DNA from: an uncultured delta proteobacterium
Lineage (GTDB): Bacteria > Desulfobacterota > Binatia > JACPRU01
Direction: 5' to 3'
DNA length: 64,000 nucleotides
NCBI GenBank assembly: GCA_963712515.1
Contig: CAVQIG010000025.1
Span: 3,620-67,619, forward strand
Positions within the stretch are counted from its first letter, which is position 1, and each line of letters begins with the position of its first letter. Of the stretch, positions 49,140 through 60,178 are shown piece after piece. The position numbers were made by a program, and so were the translations under genes. The notes beneath the pieces are model-generated. The model ran no database searches, had not been told where the DNA came from, and worked only from the letters and a program-made list of their open reading frames with translations.

Positions 49140-50381
49140 ATGCGTGTGGCGGCCCGGGCGGTGGAGCAGCGGTTCAACGCCGACACTTCGGACCACCTCG
49201 GTCCGACCGCACCGTGCTCGTGCGGCCAGCCCGCCCGCTACGCTGGTCGGCACCGCAAGACGTTTCAGAGCGCGCTCGGTGAGCTTCGTCTGGAGCGCGC
49301 CTACTACCACTGCGAGGTCTGCCACAGCGGCTTTTGCCCGCGCGATCGGGCCTTGGGGCTCGAAGGCTCCTCGCTCTCGCCGGCGGCTACCCGCATGGTG
49401 GGCCGGGTCGGGGCGATGGTCAGCTTCGCCGAAGGCAGCGAGCTGATGGGGGAGCTCGCCGGCGTCGCGGTGGACCCCAAGCAGGTCGAGCGCACCGCCG
49501 AAGCCCTGGGCCGCGAGATCGCTCTGGATGAGCGCCACGTCGTTGAACCCGAGCCACCCGCCGCGCCCACGATGTATCTGGGCATGGACGGCACCGCCGT
49601 CCCGATGCGGCCCTCGGAGCTCGAGGGCCGCGCGGGCAAGCAGGCCGATGGCTCGGCCAAGACGCGCGAGGTCAAGCTGGCCACGGTCTGGAGCGCCGAG
49701 GGGCGCGACGAGGAAGGCATCCCCGTGCGCGACCCCGGCTCGGTCAGCTACTCGGCGGCCATCGAGAGCGCCGCCACCCGCGACACCGACGAGCAGGCCT
49801 CGGAATTCGCCCAGCGCGCGGCCCGAGAAGCCACCCGCCGCGGCTTCGACCAGGCCCCGCGTTGCGTGGTCTTGGGCGACGGTGCCGTGTGGATCTGGAA
49901 TCTTGCCGACGAGCAGTTCCCCGGTGCCATCCAGATCGTCGACCTCTATCACGCCAAGGGGCACCTGTGGGATGTCGCCAAGGCCATCTACGGTGCCGGC
50001 AGCGATCTTGGCGAACAGTGGGCCAAACAGCGACGCGACGAGCTGGACGAGGGAAAGATCGACGAGGTCCTGGCGGCGCTGCGGGTGCACGCCCCGGCCA
50101 ACCAGGAGGCACGCAAGTGCCTCGACTACGTCGCGCGCAACCAGAGTCGGATGCGCTACCCCGAATTCCGAGCCCAGGGGCTGTGCGTGTCCTCTGGCGT
50201 GGTCGAGGCCGGCTGCAAGCTAGCCATCGGCACCCGCCTCAAACGCGCCGGCATGCACTGGACCGTGGCCGGGGCCGACGCCATCATCGCATTGCGCTGC
50301 TGCAAACTGAGCGGCCGCTTCGAGGACTTCTGGGAGCGGCGCTCAGCGGCGGCGCGTGCCGGAGCCAGCGACGCCGCGTGA
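49140..50381 (+). CDS. ISKra4-family transposase (N-terminus probably disrupted upstream of 49140)
   Basis: 413 aa with family blocks YHCEVCHSGFCPRD, YLGMDGTAVPMR, GKQADGSAKTREVKLATVW, VVLGDGAVWIWNLADEQFPGAIQIVDLYHAKGHLWD and SGVVEAGCK. In-frame upstream sequence (LKEALEAEVSAEIEALVGAGAVDEWDFEAIETATRRRA) continues without a start codon. A likely frame break lies at the A5G6 run near 49012-49022. Confidence 0.8.
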   Translation: MRVAARAVEQRFNADTSDHLGPTAPCSCGQPARYAGRHRKTFQSALGELRLERAYYHCEVCHSGFCPRDRALGLEGSSLSPAATRMVGRVGAMVSFAEGSELMGELAGVAVDPKQVERTAEALGREIALDERHVVEPEPPAAPTMYLGMDGTAVPMRPSELEGRAGKQADGSAKTREVKLATVWSAEGRDEEGIPVRDPGSVSYSAAIESAATRDTDEQASEFAQRAAREATRRGFDQAPRCVVLGDGAVWIWNLADEQFPGAIQIVDLYHAKGHLWDVAKAIYGAGSDLGEQWAKQRRDELDEGKIDEVLAALRVHAPANQEARKCLDYVARNQSRMRYPEFRAQGLCVSSGVVEAGCKLAIGTRLKRAGMHWTVAGADAIIALRCCKLSGRFEDFWERRSAAARAGASDAA

Positions 50382-50450
50382 GGTCATCTCACAAATCTGA
50401 CGTGCACCCGCGACGATCTGCCCTGCGACGATCAGGACATCGACCGCGAC

Positions 50451-50561
50451 ACCGCGCTGCCTTCTTCTGGGGCATGGCAGGCACCGAGCAGGAAGCTCGC
50501 GGCGGACAAGCCACGCGCGAGCTCGACGCGTTTCAGATGACGGACGAAATTTAGGGTCGAA
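50451..50561. repeat. about 105-bp repeat, copy A (inverted relative to copy B)
   Basis: The reverse complement aligns with 59957-60058 at roughly 83 percent identity, with one 6-nt and one 4-nt gap. It overlaps the last about 10 nt of recD. Confidence 0.8.
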
Positions 50562-52415
50562 GACTACCGTCCCAGAGCAGCTCACGGAGACCCGACATCC
50601 GCTCGATCCCACGCTCGATCGCGTGCCGGAAGACCTCGCGTGAGCCGTGGAGAACGACGCGCCGGCGGGCGCGAGTGACAGCGGTATACAGAAGCTCGCG
50701 AGTCAGCACGGGAGACGGCTGTTCGGGAAGCAGCACCACCACGTCGTCGAACTCGGAGCCCTGGCTCTTGTGCACCGTCATTGCGAACCCCGTCTCGTGG
50801 GCGGGGAGCCGGGCGGGCGACAGCCAGCGCTCGGCTCCGTTCTCGCCGATGAAGAACGCCAGGCTCGCTCCGTCCCGCTCGGTCATCAAGCCGACGTCCC
50901 CGTTGTAAAGCCGGAGCGCGTAGTCGTTGCGGGTCACGAGCACGAGCCGTCCGGAGGCCCCGGTGTCTCGCAGCATGCCCCTCTCCACCAGCGACTGCTC
51001 GACGAGAGCGTTCAGCGCCTCGACACCGAACCGGCCGTGCCGGTGCGCGCAGAGCACGCGGAAGCGCTCGAGCGCCGCGAGACGGCTTCGCGCATCCGGC
51101 TCGCGAAGACAGGCGACGAGCCTCTCCGCGATCCATTCGCCGACCGCAGGGACGATCTTCTCTTCCGGGCCCGGCTCGACGAGCGAGACGCCGTCGGGTC
51201 CGGAGTCTCCGATCGCGCGGAAGGCCTCGTCGGCTCGGCCCGCGTTGATCGCCCGCGCGAGCCGGCCGATCGCGCTCTCGTCCCCGTAGCGGTAGCTCTG
51301 CGTCAGCTCGACGATCGAATCCCAGATGCCGGTCTCGCGGGGCGCGGTCGCGAGAATCGGCAGGGGGTCGCCGGAGAGCCGTCGGACTTGCTCGATCCAT
51401 GGGATCGAGTAGCTGCGTGCGCCGCCGGTGTTGCAGACATCCCCTAGTACGGCCCCCGCCTCCACCGAGGCAAGCTGGTCCTTGTCGCCCAGAAGAACGA
51501 CCCGTGCACGCGGCGGTACCGCTCGCAACAGTCGCGCCATGAGCGCGAGGTCGACCATGGACGCCTCGTCGACGACGACGACGTCTGCATCGAGGGGATT
51601 TCCCTCGTCCCGTCGGGCGCGCGCGACGACGCCCGCGCCCATTCCGAGGGCGCGATGGATCGTGGATGCCGCCCGGGCAACGCCGCCGTGGCCGCCTCGC
51701 TCGAGCGCAAATTGCTTCTCGCGCTCTCGAGCGCTTCGCTCAAGCGCCGCGCGGCTTTGCCGGTCGGCGCGACGAGCATCATCCGCGGCAGGGGCCGCCG
51801 CGCCGCCAGCGCCTGTTCGACGAGCAACGCGAGAATCTTCGCCACCGTATGCGTCTTGCCCGTCCCCGGTCCTCCCGAGATGACGCTGACGCTCCGTACG
51901 ACCGCAGTCAGCGCAGCCACCCGCTGCCAGTCGGGCGCGTCCGTGGCGGGAGGATCGAAGAGCCTTCCGAGGCCCTCCCGCAATACATCGGGGTCGACGT
52001 CGGACCTCACCTCGCGGGCACGCCGAAGGATCTCGCTCGCGAGCCGCCGCTGATGGTCCCAGTACCGGCGGAGGTAGAGACGATTCCCGCTATCCAAGAC
52101 GAGAGGCGGTGGCTCCGACGCCGCAGGCGCGGCGCTTTCCGCGACGAGCTTGCTCGAGCGGAGGGTGGCGAGCCAGAGCCGAGCGTCGGGCCAAGCTCGG
52201 TCGACGAGCGGCCGCCCCTCCTCGTCGACGAGCGCGGGCGGGTGCTCGAGGTCGAGACAGACGTGGCGCTCCGCGACCTGTCGACTCACCAGAGCGGCCG
52301 CCAGCAGCACTTCTTGCCTGCTCTCACCGCCGATCCGTTCCAGCGCCCGCGCAAAGTGCAGGTCGAGCGGCGACAAGAAGCCGCGGCTACGGAGCTCTTC
52401 GAGGGCCGGGATCAC
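50551..52415 (-). pseudogene. recD: exodeoxyribonuclease V alpha subunit RecD, frame break(s) near 51675
   Basis: The GTG start overlaps the recB stop (GTGA). Contains a Walker A (ISGGPGTGKTHTV), the blocks VAPTGKAARRL, ASTIHRALG, VVVVDEASMVDL and LLGDKDQLASVEAG, and the C-terminal block AMTVHKSQGSEFD. The span is 1865 nt, which is 2 mod 3. Confidence 0.85.
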
Positions 52416-55400
52416 GTCGCGCCCTCCGCCCGGTGGTTCGGCGTCAAGATCGCCGACAGCTCTGCGACAAGCGCCGGCGAGGGACGATCGTGGAACACGC
52501 CGTGACCGCGAGGATGACCCGGCGACATGCCGCGAACGAACAAGTAGTACACCCCGCCGAAGTGCGTCTCGTAGTCATAGCCGGGAACGCACTGTCGCAG
52601 ATGGCGATCCACAGCCACGGCGTAGAGGTGGTATTGGAGAAAGAAATGGTGCTGCGCCATGGCCTTGACCAGCCGTGAAGCGCGGTAGTCGTCGGGCGCG
52701 GGGCCGAGAAAGCTCGACTTGTAGTCCGCCACGTACCAGCGTCCGCCGTGCTCGAAGACCAGGTCGACGAAGCCGCGGAGGAAGCCCGCGAGCGGCTCGA
52801 AACGCAGGCGCGCGATCCGCCCAGGGTAGTCCGGCGCCGAGACTCGCCATCGCCCGCGCAGCGTTGCGGCGAGTGCTCTGGGGAGTCAGGGCCGCCGAAT
52901 CGTCCGCCACCGGGAATACGAACTCCATCTCGTTGAGTCTCTGGCGGGGCGAGAGGTCGCGCAGTCGCAGATCGCCAGCCGCGCCGCCGAGCGGGGTCGA
53001 CACGACATCGCGAACCGAGCGGCAGAGATCGTCCGTCCACTCGGCTCCGATACCGTACGACCCGAGACGCTGCTCGACCTCGGCACGGAGGCCGACGTCC
53101 TCGGCGCGCGTGAAATCGAGGTGCTCGAAGATTTCGTGGATGAGGTCGCCGGTGCGCGCGCCGCGGGGAAACTCATGGAGCACGATCCGGCGAGCGGCGT
53201 CTCGCCGCGCTGCGGCATCCTCGGCGATCGGCCCTTCGGCGATCTCGTCGTGATCGATGCCCTCGCTGGCGGGCTCGCTCACGCTGCCGCCGCCCGAGGC
53301 GAGCGCCGTGAAGCTCGACACGCGCCACGTCGTCGCCAGCGGCGGACGCTTCGTCGTCGCGGCGCGAGCGTGCCGATCGCCGCCGGCCGCGGCCGGTACG
53401 GAGAACCCGCGGACGTCGGCAAGTCGGCGACTTCGATCGCACCGTCCGCCTCCCGCACGAGCCGCTCGAGGTCGTCGCGTATCGCTTCGAGCGAAGCCGT
53501 GCGCGCGCTCGACCGCGGCGATGATCTCGGGCGAGGCTCGCGGGTCTGCTCCAGATTGGCCGGCCGATGGAGCAGATAGCCGAGCGCGGATGACGCGGCC
53601 GCCGGCGAACGCACCCCAAACGATCGTGCAGCGATGCTTGGCGCGCGTGACGGCCACGTAGAGGAGCCTCAGGTTCTCGGCGAGCTCCTCGACGTCGGCG
53701 AGCGTCTTGTGCTCCGGCCAGTGCTCCGAGCCGAGGTCGAGCGCGGCGTTCCACCCGCGCTCCGGATCGTGGAAGCGAACCGGCTCGCCCGCGCCGCTTT
53801 TCGAAGAGGTTCCCCCAGAGAAACGGGCAGTACACGACCGGGTATTCGAGACCCTTCGCCTGGTGGATCGTGGTGATCTTCACGCGCTTGGCGTCACTTT
53901 CCAGGCGAATCTGCTCCGCGTCGGCAGCCATGCCGCCGCGAGACAGCGCGTCGCGACGCACGCGGTGCAGCCACTCGATGAGCGCCAGCGGTCCGCGATG
54001 CGACTCGACGGCCGCATTCTGCAGAAGCTCGGCCACGTGCAGCACGTTGGTCAGGCGGCGCTCACCGTCGAGACGCTCGAGCAGCCTCGCCTCGCACGCC
54101 GAGGCCATCGAGCATGCGGCGAAACGCCGGAACGAAGCCTTCGGTGGCCCAGGTCTCGCCGAGCTCCGCGAACTGCCGCACGCGCGCGTCCCACGCCTGC
54201 TCGTCGCGCTGGAGCGCGGCCAGATCCGCCGCGTCGAGCCCGATCATCGTCGTCGCGAGGGCGGCGCGCAGCGCCGACGCGTCGCCGGGATCGGCGATCG
54301 CCAGCAGCACCCGTTCGATCTCCTCCGCTTCCGCCGTGTCGAAGACGCTCGAGTCGCCCTGCAGCACGCTGGGAACGTAGAGCTTCTGGAGCTCGGCTTG
54401 AACGAGGCGCGCCTGCTTGTTGGTGCGACAAAGGACGGCGAGGTCGCCGGCCTCGACCTCACGATCGTCGATCGTCCCGCCCGACTGCAGGAAGCGCGAG
54501 ATCTCGGCCGCCACCAAGGCCGACAAGAGCTCCTCGCCTCGCGTCTTGCCGATCTTCTCCTCCGGCGCCAGCAGGATCTGAAGCGGCGGCTTTCCTGCGA
54601 GCGCGCCTCCGAGACGCTCGCGCGCACTCGGCAAGCGCCCTCACCGGCTGGAAATCGATGCGATCGAGGAGAAACGGCCGGCGGCGGCCCCGGAACAGCG
54701 CGTTGACGGCGTCGATCAGTCTCGGGTCGGATCGATAGTTGGTATCGAGCGTGTGCCGTCGCTCACCGGCATCGTCACGCGCCGCCATGTAGGTGTGCAC
54801 GTCGGCGCCGCGGAACGAGTAGATCGCCTGCTTCGGGTCGCCGATCAGAAACAGCGAGCCGGGCGCGTCCGGCGTAGATGCGACGGAAGATCTCGTACTG
54901 GACCGGGTCCGTGTCCTGAAACTCGTCGATCAGCGCGGCATGAAACCGCTTCGCGATTGCGTTCGCGCAGCTCTCGGCCCCCGCTTCCAGCGAGCGCGTC
55001 CGCCAGGCGGTGGAGGAGGTCGTCGAAGGATTGCTGATTCGCCTCTTCCTTGCGCCTGCGGAGCTCGCTCCGGGCGTAGTCGACGAAGTCGCGCCTGAGC
55101 CAGAGCGCGTGGCGCTCGAGTAGCGATCAAGCGCGCGATCCTCGGCAAGCAGCGCGTCGCAGGCCGTAAAGAACGCGTGCGCTGGAGGTGTGCCTCTCGC
55201 CCCTTTCCGGACCTCCGCCGTGGTGAACTTGCCGAACCGACGGAACCGGTCGCACAATCCCGGGACGCCTGCGAGGAGATGCGCGCCCATCGCATCCGCC
55301 CAGCTTCGGACCCAGTCAGGTCTGTATAGGGTTCCACGCATCCGCCCCCGGTCGCTCAACGCGGCGACGATCTCCTCTCGTCGGGCGGCCCAAATCTCCG

Positions 55401-56074
55401 CAGCATGGCCGAGCGCCGCATGCCAGGCCGCGGTCGCGGTCTCGACGTCAGGCAGCTCGACGCGCTCGGGCAGAATCGTCAGACGCGGATTCGACGCCGC
55501 CGCGCGCGCCAAGCGATCGAACGCGAGCTGGCCGATCCGGTTGCGCGCCGCGGCGCGCACCACCGCGTCCGGGGCTGCGACCAGACGAAGCGCGAGATAG
55601 TCGCGCACCACTTCGTCGCGCAGCACCACGGGTTCGCCCGCGACCTCCGCGTCGAAGGGGGCGCGGCTCTCGAACGCGTTCTCCTGCAGCATCCTTTGGC
55701 AGAAGCCGTGGATCGTGTAGATCGCCGCCTCGTCGAAGTCCTGCAGCGCGCGGACGAGGCGAACGCAGTCGAGGCGCAGCGCACCCTGCGGCCCGGCTCG
55801 CTTCGAGCAGCGCGGCGAGGGTCGCGTCGCCGTCGGCTCTTGGCGGCGGAAGGCTGCGAGCGCCTCGCGAATCCGCTCGCGGATCCGGTCGCGAAGCTCG
55901 GCGGTCGCCGCGTTGGTGTAGGTGACGACCAGGATCTGCCCGTACGTCGAGCGGGATCTCGAGGAGGCATCGCAGATAGAGCGTGGTGATCGTGTGCGTC
56001 TTGCCGGTGCCCGCGCTCGCCTCGATGAGTGTCGTCGAGGCGAGCGGCACGGTGACGGGATCCAGCACCTTCAC
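52412..56074 (-). pseudogene. recB: exodeoxyribonuclease V beta subunit RecB, many apparent frame breaks
   Basis: The GTG start overlaps the recC stop. Blocks spread over three frames include IEASAGTGKTHTITTLYLR, ILVVTYTNAATAELRDRI (own translation), FDEAAIYTIHGFCQRMLQENAFES, ALIDEFQDTDPVQYEIF, YRSDPRLIDAVN, GDLAVLCRTNKQA, TIHQAKGLEYPVVY and the nuclease end DLVFEHGGRWYVADYKS..YHLQY. The start and stop are in the same frame and the span is 3663 nt (1221 codons). Confidence 0.8.
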
Positions 56075-59000
56075 GCCGAGTCCTTGCTGCGATGGTCGAA
56101 GAGCGGTCCGCAGACGGCCAGTGCCAGGTCGCGAAACGACGGGGCATCGTCGCGGTGCCTTCGAAGAGGCGGAAGTCCGGCCGCAGCGGATCCTGTCCCC
56201 CGAACGCCAGCGCGACGTATGGATCTCTTCGCCCGGAGGAGTCGTAGGCAAGCCGGAATTCCTTCCTCGCCTCGAAGAGCGCCCTGGCTTCGTCTCGGGA
56301 TCTGCGGAGCGTCTCCACGAAGCGAAGCGACGCCTCCGGGAAGAACGGCAGCGGCTGCGTCGAGCCGATGCGCTGGAACTCGATGAGGCTCGCGAGCAGC
56401 GAGCGAGCCTTCTCCGCTGCGACCGCGCCGAAGCGAATCACCTCGGACTCGTCGTCCGCGGACCGCGCGACGAGAACGGTCGTCCGCAAAATGCCCTCGG
56501 AGGGCGCGACGCACAGGGCGAGGTGACGGATCCACGAGCCGAGCTCGTGCTTCGCGGCCCGCTTCCCGTACTGCCATCGCGCCTGACCGCCCCGCCAGAG
56601 ATCGCGGATCACGCCCGTGAGCCGGACGCCGCCGAGCGGCTGGTCGATCGGCGAGCGGCTCGAGACGCTCGCCGTCGATCTCGCGCCGCGTCGCGTCCGC
56701 CAGCACCGCGGCCGTCCGCGAGAGCTCTTCGTAGAGGCACCGCCCCGGCGTTCCCTGCGGCAGGCTGCCGCCGGCTGTCATCGAAGCGAAGGCCTCGGCG
56801 AGGTCTTCGCCCGCGAGCCGGCGACGAAGCAACTCCTGGCCGATTGCCCATCGTTCGAGGTCGTCGAGCTCGAGCGGGTCACGCGTGTCCATGACGCCTT
56901 CGTCGCGAATTCGCAGGCCGAGCCGCTGCTGCAAGAATCCGCGGCACGGATTCTCGAAGAAGCGGACGAGCTCGTCGATCGTGACGAGGGCCGGGGCATC
57001 GGGATCCGGGGGCAGCGGCTCGCGCACGAACGGACGGGCCTCCTGGCGCTCGCCGACGAGCTTCTGCGCGCTCGAAACGTAGATCGTCGCGTAGCTGAAC
57101 AGACGCTCGTCCGAATGCGGATCGGCGCCGAAGTAGCGCGGGCTGAACGGTTGCAGCGGGTGGCGCACGACGATTCGCGAGCGAACCGATCCGCCCCCGC
57201 GCCCTGCGGCAGGCGCGAGACGGAAAGATTCGTCGAGCGCGTCGAGAAGATCGCTCACCACGACCGACGGCGGAATCTCGCTGTTGTCGTGGATGCTCTG
57301 GCCGACGTAGCTGACGAAGAAATGCTCACGCGCGGAGAGCAGCGCCTCGAGAAAGAGGTAGCGGTCGTCGTCTCGTTGCGAGCGATCCCCGCGCCGCGGC
57401 CGAGCGGCGATCCGATCGAATCCCGGCGCACGGCGGATGCGCGGATAGGAACCATCGTTCATGCCGAGCAGGCAGACTACCCGGAACGGAATCGAGCGCA
57501 TGGGCACGAGCGCGCAAAACGTCACGCCCTGCGAAAGGAAGTCGCTCGAACGGAGGTTGTCGCGAAACGCGAGATCGAGCTCCGCGACGAAGGTGTCGAG
57601 CGGCAGCGTCTCGTGGAAGCCCCCTCGGGTCGCGCGCTCGGCGAGCTCGGCCAAAGCCGTGCGGATCGTTCGGTGCTGGCGGCGGTTGAGCGTCGTCTCC
57701 GCCACCATGCGGCCGAGAAGGCGCGCCAGGTCGTCGCACCAGCGGATGGGGGGCCGCGGGGCACGGAGCTCCCGCCGAAGCCGAAAGAGCTCGTCGCAGA
57801 AGTCGAGGAATCGGCCGAGCAGATCCGCAGCGTCGCCTTCGATGCCATCGAAAGGCAGAACGCCGCTCCAGCACGTGCGCCCGCGCCCCTCGAGCGCATG
57901 GCCGACCAGCAGGCGATCGAGTCCGAACCGCCAGGTATTGGCGATCGCCGGCAAACGCCCAACCTCCCCCCGGTGCTCCGCGTCCGCTCCCCAGCGAATT
58001 CCCGCTTCCCCGACCCACCGGCGCAGCACGTCGAGATCCTCGGCCTCGATGCCGAAGCGCAGGCGCACGGCGTCGACCATCAGCAGGTCGAGCACCTCGG
58101 TCGCCGTCATCCGGCCTCGCAGCGCTTCGAGCAAGCGCGAGAACGCTTCGATCACCTCGTCGGTGGCGCGGCGGCTGCGGTCGGCGATGTGATACGGGAT
58201 CGCGCGCCGCCCCGCCTGCGCGCCGCGAGGGCGGCGGAACACGGCGTCGATGTAGGGCGCGTAGACGTCGATCGCCGCGCTCATCACCACGACGTCTCGC
58301 GGCTCGAGTGTCGGGTGCCTTTCGAACAGGTCGCACAGTTGGTCGTGCAGCACTTCGACTTCGCGCATCGGCCCGTGGCAAGCGGCCACGACGATCGACC
58401 CATCGACGTCGGCAAGCTCGATCGCGGGAAACTCGGCGTCTCCCTCGGCGCGGCGGCGCAGATTCAGCATGTCGGATTGCAGCGTGCGGAGCATCGTCGC
58501 TCGCCCGGGCTCCTCGTAGGCCGAGTCATCGTCGACGTAGTCGGCTGCCTCTTCGAGGAGCCACTGAAAGTCCCGCCCGAGGCGGCCGAGCGAGGCGAGC
58601 AGCGGGTTTCCCTCGCGAAGCTCGGGCGTCTCCGCCTCCTCTTCGGCGGCGTCACGGGTCGCGAGCTCGCGAATGATCTCGCGCTTCGAGCGGATGTCCG
58701 CCCAATATTCGCGCGAAGGCGAGAGAAGAAAGAGATGGACGTCGATCGTACGAGAGAGCGCGACGAGCACCTGAAGATAGAGCGGTGGCAGCGTCGAGAC
58801 CCCAAAGACGCTCACGCGCGGGGGGAGACTCGCAGGGGGCGTCGCCCGCTCGGCCAGCGCGCGCAGCAGCGGGTCGATCTGCGCCGCCGCGTGCGCACGG
58901 CCGTGGCGCTCGACCAACGCCCGCCAGAGATGCGCTTGCCAATCGTCGCCCTGTCCCCGCTCCCAGCCGAGTACGAGCTCGGGACGGAACACGACATACT

Positions 59001-59412
59001 GGTCGAAGGTAGCCGCTATGCGCGCCGCCAGCTGCAATCGGCGCCGAGCGAACGCGTCGTCCTCGAGATACCGCGAGATCGGCGCGAACTCGGACCGCCC
59101 GCGAAACTCGGGCAGGAGTGCGGCGATCGACCATACGAGGACTTCGGGTTCGAAGCAGGCGCTTCGCGGATCGCCCTCGCCGACGACCGCCGCCGTCACC
59201 CGAGCGATGAATCGGCGCGGAAAGGGAAAGTCGGGAACGGCCCAGACGCCGAACCTCGCCGCGAGTCGCATGGATAGCCAGCGCTCCATGCCGCGTCCCT
59301 GGACGACGATGCATTCCGGATCGGTCGGGCCCGCGCGACGACGGGAGACCACGTCGCCGAGCGTGTCGACGAGCCTCTCCATGCGGTTGCTGCGATGAAC
59401 GTAGACCGACAT
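56071..59412 (-). pseudogene. recC: exodeoxyribonuclease V gamma subunit RecC, frame excursion between about 56620 and 56140
   Basis: The N-terminus MSVYVHRSNRMERLVDTLGDVV is RecC-like, and size and position (upstream of recB and recD) fit. The last about 180 codons of the 1113-aa track ORF are Arg-rich, whereas track ORF 55479-56612 carries the plausible text (IRDLWRGGQARWQYGKRAAKHELGSWIRHLALC..PLPFFPEASLRFVE). The final ..FRDLALAVCGPLFDHRSKDSA is back in the original frame. Confidence 0.75.
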
Positions 59413-59646
59413 GCCTGTTTCCAGTCACGCCCGCGCGGGCACCTGAATCATACGCCGCGGCAGCGGACAACGCCTGTCGCGCGCGCGACGGGTCGCGGCT
59501 GGCGGCGTCGCGACGCTCGGCCCGCAGCGGCTGTCCTTCGTCAAGCCTCACGCTCTTCGCGAAGGGTTGCTCTTCCCCGCGGAACACGACAGGCTCAGGG
59601 CGGTCTAGAGAAAACGGAGGACACGCGTACCGCCCAAGGAGGAGCC

Positions 59647-59955
59647 ATGCTCGAAGGGATGAGAAATTTCGTCGTGGTCGCGTCATGCCTGGGAGCAGCC
59701 GTGGTGTGCGTTCGGGTGGCAGCCGCGCAAGGCAGCGACACAACCACCGGTCATTCGATAACGGACTCCCCGTACACGAACGGCCCTCCGGCGATAACCG
59801 GGGGCTATACCGACACGTCGCAGGGAGGCGCCAAGACGTCCGGCGACCCGCAGGCGCTGCCGCCGAGTGCGGCGATGCGCGGGCAGCAACAGGGCTCGGA
59901 CTCTCAGCAGCAGGGTGGGGCGCAAAAGCCTCCCGACGGCAGCGCCGGACACTGA
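59647..59955 (+). CDS. small secreted low-complexity (Gly/Gln/Ser/Thr-rich) protein
   Basis: 102 aa from ATG 59647, preceded by AAGGAGGAG. It has a signal peptide (MLEGMRNFVVVASCLGAAVVCVRVAAAQG). No family was recognised. Confidence 0.45.
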   Translation: MLEGMRNFVVVASCLGAAVVCVRVAAAQGSDTTTGHSITDSPYTNGPPAITGGYTDTSQGGAKTSGDPQALPPSAAMRGQQQGSDSQQQGGAQKPPDGSAGH

Positions 59956-59956
59956 C

Positions 59957-60058
59957 TTCGATCCGAAATTTCTTCCGGAAACGCGTCGGGCGCGCGCCTG
60001 GCTCGTCCGCCACGAGCTTCCTGCTCGAAGCCTTGCATGCCCCAGACGGTAGCGCGGT
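59957..60058. repeat. about 105-bp repeat, copy B
   Basis: See 50451-50561. This copy starts 2 nt after the stop of the 59647 ORF. Confidence 0.8.
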
Positions 60059-60178
60059 TCACCTGGCGCGCGCGATGCGGCCTGCGCCAGTCGCGAGCCC
60101 GACGCGTTTCGCCCCTGCGGAGAGTTTCGCTTCGAGCCTAACGAACGGCTTGCGGTAGTACCCAGCCCCCCGGCGACG

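Noticed and set aside
56617-59277. 886-aa plus-strand ORF opposite recC. The 705-aa ORF at 4704-6821 opposite the cyclase gene and the 544-aa ORF at 42457-44091 are similar cases.
   Set aside because: All three are antisense or out of frame relative to genes with strong family signatures. They are Arg/Ala/Gly/Pro-rich and lack start-site context, so they are GC-driven open frames.
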